Of a DNA stretch of 40,576 nt, positions 8,547-19,297 are shown in pieces; position 1 is the stretch's first letter; each line of letters begins with the position of its first letter. Made by a program: the position numbers and the translations under genes. This DNA comes from Proteobacteria bacterium UBA2770. GTDB lineage: Bacteria > Pseudomonadota > Gammaproteobacteria > UBA2770. The notes under the pieces are model-generated. The model had not been told where the DNA came from and searched no databases. It saw only the letters and a program-made list of their open reading frames with translations. The stretch covers positions 1 to 40,576 of the forward strand of contig DEIQ01000004.1 in the NCBI GenBank assembly GCA_002352565.1, given 5' to 3'.

Positions 8547-9263
8547 ATGTCATCACTTGCACTCCATCATAACAATGCACACTCCAGGGTGAAACTACGC
8601 ATTCTGCTTTATTTTTTAGTATGGTCTACTTGCCTGCTCAGCGCATGTTCCTACCTGTCCCTCTGGCCCGAGGAGCGGATGCATGTTGTACACCACGGAG
8701 AAACCCTTCATGCCATCGCCCGTCGCTATGATGTGGATGTCAAAGATCTTGCTCGTTGGAACCGAATACGCGATCCCGATTATATCGTCGCCGGACAATT
8801 ACTTTACATTGGAGCGATTGGAGACTCATCCAGATCAGAGCGCACTCCAGCACCACAACATTCATTCAGCCCATCGCTCCAGTCAGGAGCTTCGCAAAAA
8901 ATTTCCGATTGGATCTGGCCCATCCCTGGCCGGGTTATCGCCCGATTCGGCGCTGGCGAGGAATTTGCGCTTCAAGGCGTTGAAATTGAAGGACCATCTG
9001 GAGCGCCTGTTCGCGCTGCGGCAACAGGACAGGTCGTTTACAGTGGTACTGGACTTTTGTATTATAATCACGTTATCATCATCAGACACAATAGTGACTA
9101 TTTAACAATTTATGGGTACAATCGAAACATCGCTGTAAACGAAGGCGATACGATATATCAAGGGCAAATAATTGCAGAGCTCGATGGATCCGAAAAACTG
9201 TATTTTGAAATGCGGAAAGGTAAAACTACCGTAAATCCTGAAACTTATTTGCCCCGACGCTGA
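8547..9263 (+). CDS. nlpD: NlpD-like lipoprotein (LysM plus degenerate M23/LytM domain)
   Basis: The lipobox is LLSAC. The LysM region is HVVHHGETLHAIARRYDVDVKDLARWN. The LytM region aligns with E. coli NlpD but lacks the HxxxD and HxH metal ligands (LQGVEIEG, LYFEMR). The gene lies immediately upstream of rpoS. The start is uncertain: ATG at 8547 or GTG at 8589. Confidence 0.85.
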   Translation: MSSLALHHNNAHSRVKLRILLYFLVWSTCLLSACSYLSLWPEERMHVVHHGETLHAIARRYDVDVKDLARWNRIRDPDYIVAGQLLYIGAIGDSSRSERTPAPQHSFSPSLQSGASQKISDWIWPIPGRVIARFGAGEEFALQGVEIEGPSGAPVRAAATGQVVYSGTGLLYYNHVIIIRHNSDYLTIYGYNRNIAVNEGDTIYQGQIIAELDGSEKLYFEMRKGKTTVNPETYLPRR

Positions 9264-9319
9264 TATATATCGACAAAATAATATGCGTGCCAATTCTATG
9301 CTACTGGAGAAGAATACTT

Positions 9320-10303
9320 ATGGATAAGAATACCAATCGTTCAGTTAGTGATGTGCGTCTGGGGTGCGAGTCAAGCGATGACATCAAACCCAATGAAGAA
9401 CTGGTTGCCATGAACCCACAAGAAGCATCAATGTCCACAGCCGAAATGCTGGAACGTGAACCTTCGAGTGAATCCCTTGATGCCACCCAGTTTTATTTAT
9501 CCTCTATAGGATCGACACCCTTATTGACAGCCGACCAGGAAAAAGAGCTTGGCTGGAGAATTCGCAAGGGCGATGAACAGGCACGCCACCGGATGATCCA
9601 GAGCAATCTGCGTCTTGTCGTTAAAATATCCCGCCGCTATGTCAATCGCGGCTTGCCTTTACTGGATCTTGTCGAGGAAGGCAACCTGGGATTGATGCAT
9701 GCGGTTGGGAAATTTAACCCCGATCTGGGATACCGGTTTTCCACTTATGCCACCTGGTGGATCCGACAGACGATCGAGCGGGGATTGATGAATCAAACTC
9801 GCACCATTCGCTTGCCGGTTCATGTCGTCAAGGAAATCAATGCCTGTCTGAAAGTCTCTCGGCGTCTAACACAAAAACTGAATAGAGAACCCACTCTGGA
9901 TGAAATCGCAGAAATCCTGCATAAAGACCCTGAAACCATACGCAAACTGATTGAATTGAATGAACCGATCAATTCCATGTCTATTCATCTCGGCGATGGA
10001 GGTGACAAGGATCTGGATAATATCATTGCGGATGACTTTGCCGTAGATCCCCAGGAAATGGTGGAGCAGCATGACATGCAAATGTCGATGCAAACGTGGC
10101 TGGCCCATCTGACTGAACGTCAGCGTCAGGTGCTGGAGTGGCGGTTTGGATTAAATGGACGCGAACAGGTTACTCTGGAACAGGTGGGTCATGCCATCGG
10201 ACTGACGCGTGAAAGAGTCCGCCAGATTCAAATGGAGGCATTAGCCCGGTTGCGGCAATTGCTTGAAGGAAATGGTCTTTCATCCCATGTTCTGTTTGGC
10301 TGA
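9320..10303 (+). CDS. rpoS: RNA polymerase sigma factor RpoS (sigma-70 family, group 2)
   Basis: A GGAGAAG SD precedes the ATG at 9320. Region 2 is recognised by DLVEEGNLGLMHAVGKFNPDLGYRFSTYATWWIRQ, and region 4 by LTRERVRQIQMEAL. The gene follows nlpD. Confidence 0.85.
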   Translation: MDKNTNRSVSDVRLGCESSDDIKPNEELVAMNPQEASMSTAEMLEREPSSESLDATQFYLSSIGSTPLLTADQEKELGWRIRKGDEQARHRMIQSNLRLVVKISRRYVNRGLPLLDLVEEGNLGLMHAVGKFNPDLGYRFSTYATWWIRQTIERGLMNQTRTIRLPVHVVKEINACLKVSRRLTQKLNREPTLDEIAEILHKDPETIRKLIELNEPINSMSIHLGDGGDKDLDNIIADDFAVDPQEMVEQHDMQMSMQTWLAHLTERQRQVLEWRFGLNGREQVTLEQVGHAIGLTRERVRQIQMEALARLRQLLEGNGLSSHVLFG

Positions 10304-10430
10304 TATGTTTTCAGGTCAGCGTGTGTTCGGGCCCAATAACAGGCTTTGAAAGCCGGTGAAAGTCATGCCGCCAGAGAATCATGTTGGGCTGTTCTGTATC
10401 ATCATCGGCGTTTGATTCGGATACGACCTC

Positions 10431-10820
10431 TCACAGCAAAGGTTCATCTGGAGGCAACATCAGAGCCGCGCTGACCGATCTTCCCTCCGCCAGCAGCACA
10501 TTATAGGTACGACATGCTGCTGGCGTACTCATGGTTTCGAAACCTTTGGCGATACTGAGTATCGGTTCTAGCCAGTGACCCGGTACAAATCGGGTATGGC
10601 TGCCCGTTCCCAGAATGATCAGATCCGACGGCAATTGGGCCAATTCGTTAAGATGTTGCGCGGTGAGTTCTTCAAACCGCCTGGGCGACCAGTCAGAAAC
10701 GATGTGATCGAAACTGACAATCAGACTGCCACGATAAATCTGTTGATTGATCACAATCAGCCCCGAATCGTAAGAAGAGATGCGATAACCCGACTGTGGA
10801 TCGGATAGATGAAATTTCAT
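10431..10820 (-). CDS. Mth938/DUF498-domain protein
   Basis: MKFHLSDPQSGYRISSYDSGLIVINQQIYRGSLIV...LIILGTGSHTRF...GFETMSTPAACRTYNVLLAEGR fits the DUF498 family pattern. I use the ATG at 10820 because the longer track ORF (to 11072) would overlap the thiolase start. Confidence 0.7.
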   Translation of the reverse strand: MKFHLSDPQSGYRISSYDSGLIVINQQIYRGSLIVSFDHIVSDWSPRRFEELTAQHLNELAQLPSDLIILGTGSHTRFVPGHWLEPILSIAKGFETMSTPAACRTYNVLLAEGRSVSAALMLPPDEPLL

Positions 10821-10965
10821 GAACCATATCTTCTTGATCGTTGACCCTGTAAACCGGAATTTAAATGGGTTATAGGTTTTTATGCTATAATCATTATTAA
10901 TCAATTCGCAGCAAAAATCCATCGCAACTTTAAGGCTAGTTAAAAATACCAGGAGGTTTCTTGAC

Positions 10966-12147
10966 ATGGATGACGCAGTTATAGTTTCAACCGCCAGAAC
11001 CGGCATCGGCAGAGCGATGAAAGGATCGCTGAACAACACCCACGGCGCGGTCATGGGTGCCCATGTGATCAAACATGCCGTTGAACGGTCGGGTGTCGAT
11101 CCGGAAATTATTGAAGATGTAGTTCTCGGCTGTGGTTTGCCCGAAGGCGCAACAGGTCAAAACATTGCACGGGTTTCTGCTATTGGCGCGGGCTTGTCCG
11201 TCGGCGCATGTGGAACGACGGTAGCGCGCTTTTGTGGTTCCGGGTTGCAGGGTGTCGCCTTCGCTGCCCAACGCTGTATGGTTGACAAAGTTCCGGTCGT
11301 CGTTGGCGGCGGACTGGAATCAATCAGCCTGGTGCAGAATAACATTAACATGAAACATGCTTTTGACCCCGGCGTAGCCAAAAAGAAGCCCGGGTTATTC
11401 ATGCCCATGATTCCCACTGCTGAAAACATCGCCAAGCGTTACGGCGTTACCCGCGAAGAATCCGATGAATTTGCTTTTCTAAGCCAGCAAAGAACGGCTG
11501 CGGCGCAGGAAGCGGGTAAATTTGATGATGAAATCGTACCAATCACGGTTACGATGCTCGTCGAAAATAAGGAAACAGGCAAAACAGAGAAAACAGAAGT
11601 TACCTTGGCTAAGGATGAAGGCAATCGTCCAGGCACAACCCTGGAAAAGCTTGCCAGCCTCAAACCGGTAGCCGGGGCTAAGGGAACGGTTACTGCAGGA
11701 AACGCCAGTCAGTTATCCGATGGCGCTTCTGCTTGCGTGATCATGAACAGCACCTATGCGCAACAGAATAATTTTGTGCCCATGGGAATATTTCGCGGTC
11801 TGGCTGTTGCGGGTTGCGAACCGGATGAAATGGGTATTGGCCCCGTGTTGGCGGTGCCAAGACTCCTGAAGCGTTTCGGTCTGGGCATAAACGACATTGA
11901 TCTGTGGGAATTGAATGAAGCGTTTGCGGTACAAACCGTTTACTGCCTGAAAAAACTCGAAATACCCTATGAGAAAGTCAATGTCAACGGTGGCGCTATT
12001 GCCGTAGGTCATCCCTACGGTATGTCGGGGGCGAGAATGGTCGGGCATGCCTTGATCGAAGGAAAAAGACGGGGCGCGAAATATGTGGTCGTCACCATGT
12101 GTATCGCTGGCGGAATGGGCGCTGCGGGGTTATTTGAAGTCGTATAA
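10966..12147 (+). CDS. Acetyl-CoA C-acyltransferase (thiolase)
   Basis: The gene has an AGGAGG SD. The N-terminus is [22 protein letters not shown]. The active-site Cys context is RFCGSGLQ. The C-terminus carries [19 protein letters not shown] and CIAGGMG. Confidence 0.92.
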   Translation: MDDAVIVSTARTGIGRAMKGSLNNTHGAVMGAHVIKHAVERSGVDPEIIEDVVLGCGLPEGATGQNIARVSAIGAGLSVGACGTTVARFCGSGLQGVAFAAQRCMVDKVPVVVGGGLESISLVQNNINMKHAFDPGVAKKKPGLFMPMIPTAENIAKRYGVTREESDEFAFLSQQRTAAAQEAGKFDDEIVPITVTMLVENKETGKTEKTEVTLAKDEGNRPGTTLEKLASLKPVAGAKGTVTAGNASQLSDGASACVIMNSTYAQQNNFVPMGIFRGLAVAGCEPDEMGIGPVLAVPRLLKRFGLGINDIDLWELNEAFAVQTVYCLKKLEIPYEKVNVNGGAIAVGHPYGMSGARMVGHALIEGKRRGAKYVVVTMCIAGGMGAAGLFEVV

Positions 12148-12160
12148 ATGCAATCTGATT

Positions 12161-12194
12161 GCTGAAACCGGAAATTCCGGTTTCAGCTTTGCAT
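12161..12194 (+). terminator. Rho-independent terminator of the thiolase gene
   Basis: GCTGAAACCGGA-AAT-TCCGGTTTCAGC forms a perfect 12-bp stem and is followed by TTTGC. Confidence 0.7.
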
Positions 12195-12268
12195 GATTCG
12201 CGATACTCAATGCGCAGAGGTCATAAGCCGTAAGATATGGCTAACAGGCAATTGATGGCGTCTGATTT

Positions 12269-12374
12269 CATTAACCCGGCCCTCAAACGGAGCGGTTGTT
12301 TTTAACAAAATATGCTTATATAAAGCACTTTTATGCACAACCAATACAACCTATTAAGAGGCCGGGTTAATAAC
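12269..12374 (+). repeat. Family-2 MITE-like repeat, copy 1
   Basis: The sequence runs ATTAACCCGGCC...GGCCGGGTTAATAAC, about 105 bp, and is near-identical to 24601-24706. Confidence 0.85.
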
Positions 12375-13042
12375 CAGTATTAATCAGGTGCGACCAACGA
12401 ATTTTAATTACTTGAGTTTTAGTCTCCTCTGAATTTTTTGTCCATGAATTTCATGAAATGCTGGTGACAGGCAGTGAATTTTTTCATTTTCATCTTCCAC
12501 AACATCACATATGCTGAAATCACACCATCCTTATCTTATTGCACCTTCTTGCGCGATCAACCTTTTAATGCTGTGAGCTTGTTTTTATTCTTCGTCGCCA
12601 CTACTCACAATTCCATTTGGGGAGCGAGTTTAGCGTAATTTCGAGCATTATCTTGCCCGATCCTGTGTCGCAAAGTCACGCAACGGGCTGAACAAAACCA
12701 AAGCGGTTTGTTTTTGATGCCAAACATGGTTTTTAATCATTCCAGTGAAAATCACAGCGAATGGTTAATTTTTGCTAAAATACTTAATCAGGTATCTCTA
12801 TCCAGAGTATAGTGCTGACTACAGCAATAATGCCGGGCTTGTTCTGGTTTGAGTTGTCTTTCGTGCTGGGGCTTGAGATATGATGGATCCGACCAAACAA
12901 TCAGTTGCAGCGCATAAGGGTTCATCTTTAACATAACGATGTGTAAAAAAAACGGTTGGACCAAATAGGTTTCACCGCTTTTGAGCCTTTATTAAAATAT
13001 TAAAGATTTGAAATTGAGTTCTTGATCCAGGGAGTACGTACA

Positions 13043-14659
13043 GTGTCCGAAGCAATTGAACGGGATGTAATGGAATATGATGTAGTTGTGGTAGGGGCCG
13101 GCCCCGCGGGTCTTGCCTGTGCAATCCGGTTGAAACAGTTGGATCCTGAGCGTTCGGTATGCCTTTTGGAAAAGGGCTCCTATGTTGGCGCTCATATACT
13201 TGCCGGCGCTGTGATTGAACCTGAACCGTTGGATGAACTCCTGCCCGGATGGCGCGACAATCCACCCCCCATATGCATACCCGTTGAGAAGGATGATTTC
13301 TATTATCTTACTCGAAACAAGCAGTTTCGTTCTCCTATGGCGCCGCCTCAAATGAATAATCATGGCAACTACATTGTTTCTCTCAGTGCCATGTGCCAAT
13401 GGCTCGCACCCCAGGCCGAAGACCTTGGTGTCGAAATATATCCCGGATTCGCCGCAGCCGAAACCCTGTTCAATGAACAAGGCCAGGTCATGGGCGTGCG
13501 AACTGGAGATATGGGTATCGCCAAGGATGGAAGCTCCAAGAGTGGCTATACCCCGGGTGTCGATATCCACGCCAAAGCCACGGTGTTTGCCGAAGGTTGC
13601 CGCGGCAGTCTGACCAAAGCGCTTATTCGTCACTTCGAACTGGATAAAGATGTAGCCCCGCAGACTTACGGGATCGGGCTCAAGGAACTGTGGCAATTGC
13701 CGGAAGGACGTGTTCAGCCGGGGCTTGTACAACATACGCTGGGCTGGCCTCTGCCTGCTGATACCTATGGTGGCGGCTTTATTTATCATCTGGATCAAGA
13801 TCGGGTAGCGCTTGGCTTTGTAATCGGCCTGGATTACCCCGACCCCAACCTCTTTCCCTTCGAATGTTTTCAGCAACTCAAGCATCATCCCTTGCTGCAT
13901 GATTTCCTGGAAGGAGGGACCATCATTTCCAGTGGCACCCGGACACTGGTCGAAGGTGGCTGGCAGTCCATGCCAATCATGGAAATGCCCGGAGCGTTAA
14001 TGGTAGGCGACTGCGGTGGCACCCTCAATGTTCCGAAAATAAAGGGGACGCATACCGCCATGCGTTCTGCTATGATTGCCGCTGAACATCTGCATGAAAA
14101 TGCCTTGAACCCGGTGGGTTATGACAGCATGTTGCGCAGTTCTGCTGTCAGCCGGGAGTTGAAGAAGGTACGCAATATACGTCCTGGTTTCCGTTGGGGC
14201 TTATGGGGCGGACTGGTCAATGCGGGATTTGAAACCGTCACCATGGGGTTATCACCCTGGACGCTGACCAATCATGCCGATCACACTGCCACGAAAAAGC
14301 TTTCAGAGTATCATGGTTCAACAACGGATTATCGGGATAGGGATCTCGCGCCGAAAGACCGTCTTGCTTCGGTCTATTATGCGGCGACCGAACATGATGA
14401 AGATCAGCCTGTCCATTTACACGTACTCGACCCCGAAGTTTGTATTTCAACCTGCGTGGAAGAATACAATAACCCCTGTACCCGGTTCTGCCCCGCCAAT
14501 GTATACGAAATGGTGGAAGATCAGAACTATGAGCGTCATTTGCAGATCAATTCTGCGAACTGCGTCCATTGCAAGACCTGCGATATCAAGGACCCCTACG
14601 GAATCATTACCTGGGTGACTCCGGAAGGTGGAGCAGGGCCGAATTATCAAAATCTGTAA
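13043..14659 (+). CDS. Electron-transfer flavoprotein:ubiquinone oxidoreductase (ETF-QO)
   Basis: The FAD-binding sequence is YDVVVVGAGPAGLACA. The C-terminal 4Fe-4S motif is CPANVYE...CVHCKTCDIKDP...ITWVTPEGGAGPNY. The GTG at 13043 has a GGGAG SD; the track start at 13022 is TTG. Confidence 0.92.
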   Translation: MSEAIERDVMEYDVVVVGAGPAGLACAIRLKQLDPERSVCLLEKGSYVGAHILAGAVIEPEPLDELLPGWRDNPPPICIPVEKDDFYYLTRNKQFRSPMAPPQMNNHGNYIVSLSAMCQWLAPQAEDLGVEIYPGFAAAETLFNEQGQVMGVRTGDMGIAKDGSSKSGYTPGVDIHAKATVFAEGCRGSLTKALIRHFELDKDVAPQTYGIGLKELWQLPEGRVQPGLVQHTLGWPLPADTYGGGFIYHLDQDRVALGFVIGLDYPDPNLFPFECFQQLKHHPLLHDFLEGGTIISSGTRTLVEGGWQSMPIMEMPGALMVGDCGGTLNVPKIKGTHTAMRSAMIAAEHLHENALNPVGYDSMLRSSAVSRELKKVRNIRPGFRWGLWGGLVNAGFETVTMGLSPWTLTNHADHTATKKLSEYHGSTTDYRDRDLAPKDRLASVYYAATEHDEDQPVHLHVLDPEVCISTCVEEYNNPCTRFCPANVYEMVEDQNYERHLQINSANCVHCKTCDIKDPYGIITWVTPEGGAGPNYQNL

Positions 14660-14741
14660 CCCATTCCGCACTCTCAATCCAGGGTATCTCTGATCGGGAG
14701 ATGCCGGCTTAACCACTCAATCAGAAAGATAAGGAGTAAAC

Positions 14742-15488
14742 ATGAAAATACTGGTGGGCATCAAACGCACCGTTGACCCCAATGTGCGGATACAGGTTAA
14801 AGCTGACGGTTCGGGCGTGGCGCTCGAGAGCGTCAAGATGAGTGTCAACCCATTCGATGAAATTGCCCTGGAAGAAGCGCTCCGTATGCGGGAAGCCGGC
14901 AAGGCTGAAGAAGTGATCGCGGTTTCCGTTGGTTCTGGGGAATGTCAGGATCAACTTAGAACGGCTTTAGCCATGGGGGCCGACCGTGCGATTCTGGTTC
15001 AGCATGACGAACCCCTGGAGGCTTTAGTTGTCGCCCAGGTCTTTGTCGCTATTGCGGCCAAAGAAGAACCCGGAATAATCCTGCTCGGCAAACAGGCTAT
15101 TGATGATGATGCCGGCCAGACTGCTCAAATGACTGCCGCTTTGTGGAATCGCGCACAGGCGACCTACGCATCTAAAATAGAAATTGAAGGCACCAAGGCT
15201 CGCGTTACCCGAGAAATCGATGTCGGTCTCGATATCATCGAAGTTGATCTGCCGGCCGTTATTTCCGCTGATCTGCGTCTGAACGAACCTCGGTACGTCA
15301 AATTGCCGGATATCATGAAGGCAAAACGCAAACCTCTCGCCAAAACCGATTTATCCGAGTTGGGCGTAGCTACAGAGAATAAGCTCAAGGTTCTAAAAAC
15401 TTCACCGCCTCCCGCAAGAAAGCCAGGGCGCAAAGTTGCGGATGAAGCGGAATTGATCGGTGAATTACGTAAAACAGGGTTAATCTGA
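14742..15488 (+). CDS. etfB: Electron transfer flavoprotein beta subunit
   Basis: The N-terminus is MKILVGIKRTVDPNVRIQV. Other family motifs are NPFDEIALEEALR and the C-terminal KVADEAELIGELR. The gene has an AAGGAG SD. Confidence 0.93.
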   Translation: MKILVGIKRTVDPNVRIQVKADGSGVALESVKMSVNPFDEIALEEALRMREAGKAEEVIAVSVGSGECQDQLRTALAMGADRAILVQHDEPLEALVVAQVFVAIAAKEEPGIILLGKQAIDDDAGQTAQMTAALWNRAQATYASKIEIEGTKARVTREIDVGLDIIEVDLPAVISADLRLNEPRYVKLPDIMKAKRKPLAKTDLSELGVATENKLKVLKTSPPPARKPGRKVADEAELIGELRKTGLI

Positions 15489-16438
15489 TGACAAAAATTC
15501 TGGTAGTGGGTGAGCATGATGGAAAGCAACTAAATCCATCGGTAGCCAAAGTGTTGAACTGCGTTTCAGGCTTCCAGGCCGAGCAAACGGATGTGCTGTT
15601 AATGTTTGCTGAACCCGTACAGCAAATTATACAGGCAGCCGCCGATATTGAGGGCGTTTCCCGGGTGTTGACGGTGAAAGCACCGGAATTTGAAAATCCG
15701 CTCGGCGCAAGCGTTGTTGCATTGTTGAGTGCCATGGTTGATGAATATTCCCATGTATTGGTAGCCAATACAACCTACGGCAAAGATTTTATGCCCCGGT
15801 TGGCGGCGCTCAAAGGCGTTACCCAGATCAGCGATCTGATGCGAGTGGAAAGCCCTTATATCTTTGATCGTCCAACCTATGCCGGTAATGCCATTGTCAC
15901 CATCGAAGCGCCGTCTGATCAATTATTGTGCGCGACCGTTCGCTGCGCTTCTTATTCGGCGGTCGGAAAATCTGCTCAGCCAGCACCTGTCGAGCCACTG
16001 GAAGTCAGTGTGGAATTCCCCACCCATACCCGGTTTATCGAACGTCAGGCTGGGAGTTCGGATCGTCCTGATCTGTCCTCTTCCAAAACTGTGGTTTCAG
16101 GGGGACGAGGGGTCGGAAGTTCTGAAAACTTCAAGGTCATTTATAATTTTGCCGATATCATTGGCGCCGCAGTTGGCGCTTCTCGGGCTGCTGTCGATGC
16201 GGGTTATGTCCCCAATGAGATGCAGGTTGGTCAAACGGGTAAAATTATCGCCCCCGATCTTTATTTTGCGGTCGGAATTTCGGGCGCCATCCAGCATCTG
16301 GCGGGTATCAAGGATGCGGGCACCATTGTAGCTATCAATAAAGATGAAGAGGCGCCCATTTTTGATATCGCAGATCTGGGCCTGGTTGGAGATCTGTTTA
16401 CGGTACTTCCTCTACTCGAAGAAGAAATAAAAAAATAA
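15488..16438 (+). CDS. etfA: Electron transfer flavoprotein alpha subunit
   Basis: The start overlaps the etfB stop in a TGATG arrangement. FAD-binding motifs are [41 protein letters not shown] and [13 protein letters not shown]. Confidence 0.93.
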   Translation: MTKILVVGEHDGKQLNPSVAKVLNCVSGFQAEQTDVLLMFAEPVQQIIQAAADIEGVSRVLTVKAPEFENPLGASVVALLSAMVDEYSHVLVANTTYGKDFMPRLAALKGVTQISDLMRVESPYIFDRPTYAGNAIVTIEAPSDQLLCATVRCASYSAVGKSAQPAPVEPLEVSVEFPTHTRFIERQAGSSDRPDLSSSKTVVSGGRGVGSSENFKVIYNFADIIGAAVGASRAAVDAGYVPNEMQVGQTGKIIAPDLYFAVGISGAIQHLAGIKDAGTIVAINKDEEAPIFDIADLGLVGDLFTVLPLLEEEIKK

Positions 16439-16446
16439 ATCCTTCA

Positions 16447-16610
16447 GGAACCTCTGATCAAGTCTGGGCGAAGGTGATTATGGTTCATTATGTTCAGATT
16501 CGAGACGACAATCGCGCGTAATAGCAGGGCTATGGCGAAGATTGTCAACAATGAAGAAGCTGGGTCATAAGGGACGCAAGAACCGAGCTCATGACTTGTT
16601 CAGAGGTTCC
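16447..16610 (+). repeat. Family-1 MITE-like repeat, copy d (reference copy)
   Basis: The left end is GGAACCTCTGATCAAGTC and the right end is GACTTGTTCAGAGGTTCC, forming inverted termini of about 18 bp. The copy starts 9 nt after the etfA stop. Confidence 0.9.
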
Positions 16611-16750
16611 TTTATGTGGTCAACATAGCTGGGCTCAGGTTGGAACCCTGGCAAAGACCGTGCTAATATCAAGGATAGATTGAACAAGCGTTATTGCGTG
16701 GATGGTTCTATAGTTGCGTGACCATCTACTCAATCCCAAGGAGATAATAG

Positions 16751-18214
16751 ATGAGTACTGTACATCCTATTACTAGTGACATTGCCAGCGTAGTGCAGGA
16801 GCAAAATCCCCTGCTGCCGCTATTAGAAAAGCAGAGCGAAGCCTTTATACGCCGGGGAGTTTCAAGCTATAAGCAACGAATTGAACTTTTGAATACATTG
16901 GGTCATGCCACAGGTGTTTACAAAGATCGGTTGATAGAAGCGGTTGATGCCGATTTTGGTCACCGTTCCGAGGTAGAAACGCTGATGGCCGAACTGCTTG
17001 GTTCCGTTGGTGAAATCCGAATGACCAAAATGAAGCTCAAAGGATGGATGAAGCCCAAAAAGCCTGGCATCAGTCTGGCGACACTGCCTGCAAGCGGTCG
17101 CGTACTGTATCAACCCAAAGGGGTTGTCGGCATTATGGGCGCCTGGAATTATCCGGTTTTTCTGATTCTCTCGCCACTTGTCGGGGTGTTGGCCGCTGGC
17201 AATCACGCCATGATCAAGCCACCGGATATGACTCCCAACACCGGCGAAGTCATCAAGGACATGATAGCTGAGTTTTTCGATGAAGAAATCATCACCGTCG
17301 TTACCGGCGGCATCGAAGAAGCAACGCAGTTCTCGAAATTGCCTTTCGACCATTTGGTATATACCGGTGGAACTGAAATCGGACGTAAAATCATGGTTGA
17401 GGCTGCCAGGAATCTGACGCCTGTCACGCTGGAAATGGGCGGAAAATCGCCCGTACTGATTTCCGAAGATTTCCCGATCAACAAAGCCATTGAGCGAATT
17501 TTAATGGGCAAATGCATGAATTCGGGTCAAACGTGCATCGCTCCGGATTACGTACTTGTTCCCAAAACCAAGGAGAAAGAATTTGTCGATCAGTGTAGCG
17601 ATGCCCTGAAACACCGCTATCCAACACTCGTCGGCAACGATGATGTTACCTGGATCATCAACGAGCGTCATTATCAGCGCATCAATGGGCTGATTGAGGA
17701 CGCCAAAGCGAAGGGAGCGAATGCCATTGAGATCAATCCCAATGGTGACCAGATCCCTGAAGGTCAAAGAATTATCCCCCCCACCCTGCTTACGGATGTT
17801 AACGAAGACATGGCGGTTATGAATCAGGAAATCTTTGGTCCTGTGCTGCCGATTTTAACCTATGAAACGCTTGATGAAGCGCTTATGTTTATAAAGAAAC
17901 GCCCTCGACCACTGGCGTTCTATTATTTCGATAAGAATCGGCGCCGCGCGAATACGGTAATGGAACAGAGCATTGCCGGAGGTAGTTGCGTCAATGAAAC
18001 CATGCTGCATATAGCGCACGAGAATATGCCATTTGGTGGGATCGGTCCCAGCGGACTTGGCGCGTATCATGGATTTTATGGCTTCTCGGAATTTTCACAT
18101 CAAAAAGCCGTGCTTTATCAACGTTCCTGGTTTTCGCCTGCGGGTTTTATGAAACAACCCTATAAAGGTTATATGCGCAAAGCCATGAATTTTCTGGTCA
18201 AAGTTATGACCTGA
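16751..18214 (+). CDS. NAD(P)-dependent aldehyde dehydrogenase (class-3 / coniferyl-aldehyde dehydrogenase-like)
   Basis: Family motifs are LEMGGKSP, GQTCIAPDY, EIFGPVLPI and PFGGIGPSGLG. The gene has an AAGGAGA SD. Confidence 0.9.
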   Translation: MSTVHPITSDIASVVQEQNPLLPLLEKQSEAFIRRGVSSYKQRIELLNTLGHATGVYKDRLIEAVDADFGHRSEVETLMAELLGSVGEIRMTKMKLKGWMKPKKPGISLATLPASGRVLYQPKGVVGIMGAWNYPVFLILSPLVGVLAAGNHAMIKPPDMTPNTGEVIKDMIAEFFDEEIITVVTGGIEEATQFSKLPFDHLVYTGGTEIGRKIMVEAARNLTPVTLEMGGKSPVLISEDFPINKAIERILMGKCMNSGQTCIAPDYVLVPKTKEKEFVDQCSDALKHRYPTLVGNDDVTWIINERHYQRINGLIEDAKAKGANAIEINPNGDQIPEGQRIIPPTLLTDVNEDMAVMNQEIFGPVLPILTYETLDEALMFIKKRPRPLAFYYFDKNRRRANTVMEQSIAGGSCVNETMLHIAHENMPFGGIGPSGLGAYHGFYGFSEFSHQKAVLYQRSWFSPAGFMKQPYKGYMRKAMNFLVKVMT

Positions 18215-18243
18215 TCCCGGTCGGATCAGAAGGAAAATTTTAT

Positions 18244-18285
18244 GAAAGACCATGGACCAAACTGAGCCGTGGTCTTTCTTTTATT
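18244..18285 (+). terminator. Rho-independent terminator after the aldehyde dehydrogenase gene
   Basis: GAAAGACCATGG-(11 nt)-CCGTGGTCTTTC forms a 12-bp stem with one G-T pair and is followed by TTTTATT. Confidence 0.65.
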
Positions 18286-18343
18286 GGGGTGTGCTTTTTT
18301 TCTGACATTCACAGTTGTTAATCTTTAGCCATATGGACAAAAC

Positions 18344-19297
18344 ATGTTTGTAGTGACCGGTGGGGCCGGTTTTATCGGCAGTCATTTGATCGAAACGCTC
18401 AATGAGCACGGCATCAGCGATATTCTCGTATCGGATTCGCTCCAGGATGGCAGGAAATGCCTGAATCTGGCGCAATGCCGTATTTCGGATTACATGGAAC
18501 GGGAAGACTTCGAGCAGCGGCTACTGGCCGGAAAATTGGGTCCTGAGCGTATTGAAGCTATATTCCATCTTGGCGCCTGTACTGATACAACAGAATGGAA
18601 TGGCACGTATTTGATGGAGGTCAATTACCGCAGTTCGCGTATTCTTCTGGATTATGCTGTACAAAGAAGTATTCCTTTTTATTATGCTTCGTCGGCATCC
18701 ATCTATGGCAATGGAAAGATCTTCAAGGAATCCCTCGAATATGAAAAACCCATCAATGCCTATGGCTATTCCAAATATCTATTCGATCAGGTGGTGCGAG
18801 CGCACTTGCCCTTAGCCCGAGCGCCTTTAGTGGGCCTGCGCTATTTTAACGTGTATGGAACGCGTGAATCCCATAAAGGTGCCATGGCCAGTGTGTTCCA
18901 CCATTTTTATCATCAATTGAAGACCTTGGGCTGTGTCCAATTATTCGGCGGAAGCGACGGTTATGCCGATGGCGAGCAAAGAAGGGATTTTATCTGGGTT
19001 AAAGATATTGTCAACACCCATTTATGGTTCCTTAAACACGAAGCTCCATCCGGAATTTACAACTTGGGTACCGGAAATTCCAGAAGTTTCAACGAGTTGG
19101 CTGACGCATTGATCGATTGGTATGGATCGGGTAAAGTTGATTACGTTCCTATGCCCGAGCACTTGCGTGGTCGCTATCAAAGCTATACGCAAGCGGATAC
19201 CACCCTGTTACGACAGGCAGGTTACCATCAGCCATTCGCTGATATTGAGAGTGGCCTGAAAGCTACGCTTGGCAATGATTCAGAATTGATTTTATGA
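18344..19297 (+). CDS. hldD: ADP-L-glycero-D-manno-heptose 6-epimerase
   Basis: The sequence is colinear with E. coli HldD/RfaD: MFVVTGGAGFIGSHL, EAIFHLGACTDTTEWNG, YGYSKYLFDQ, RYFNVYGTRESHKGAMASV and RGRYQSYTQAD. Confidence 0.93.
   Translation: MFVVTGGAGFIGSHLIETLNEHGISDILVSDSLQDGRKCLNLAQCRISDYMEREDFEQRLLAGKLGPERIEAIFHLGACTDTTEWNGTYLMEVNYRSSRILLDYAVQRSIPFYYASSASIYGNGKIFKESLEYEKPINAYGYSKYLFDQVVRAHLPLARAPLVGLRYFNVYGTRESHKGAMASVFHHFYHQLKTLGCVQLFGGSDGYADGEQRRDFIWVKDIVNTHLWFLKHEAPSGIYNLGTGNSRSFNELADALIDWYGSGKVDYVPMPEHLRGRYQSYTQADTTLLRQAGYHQPFADIESGLKATLGNDSELIL

Noticed and set aside
8600-9263. An NlpD lacking M23 catalytic His/Asp residues, considered as a novelty
   Set aside because: Degenerate LytM domains are the known state of E. 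coli-type NlpD amidase activators, so this is ordinary.
10821-11072. An N-terminal 84-aa extension of the DUF498 ORF (track 10431..11072)
   Set aside because: The extension overlaps the thiolase start and RBS on the other strand. The DUF498 domain begins at the internal Met (10820).
12419-12505. A 28-codon minus-strand mini-ORF (MLWKMKMKKFTACHQHFMKFMDKKFRGD)
   Set aside because: It is too short to support without conservation or expression data. Its RBS is weak. It is mentioned only as context in the spacer finding.
12992-13900. A 302-aa ORF on the minus strand
   Set aside because: It is entirely antisense to the well-supported ETF-QO gene. It has no recognisable motifs and no RBS. It is a typical shadow ORF of a long gene.
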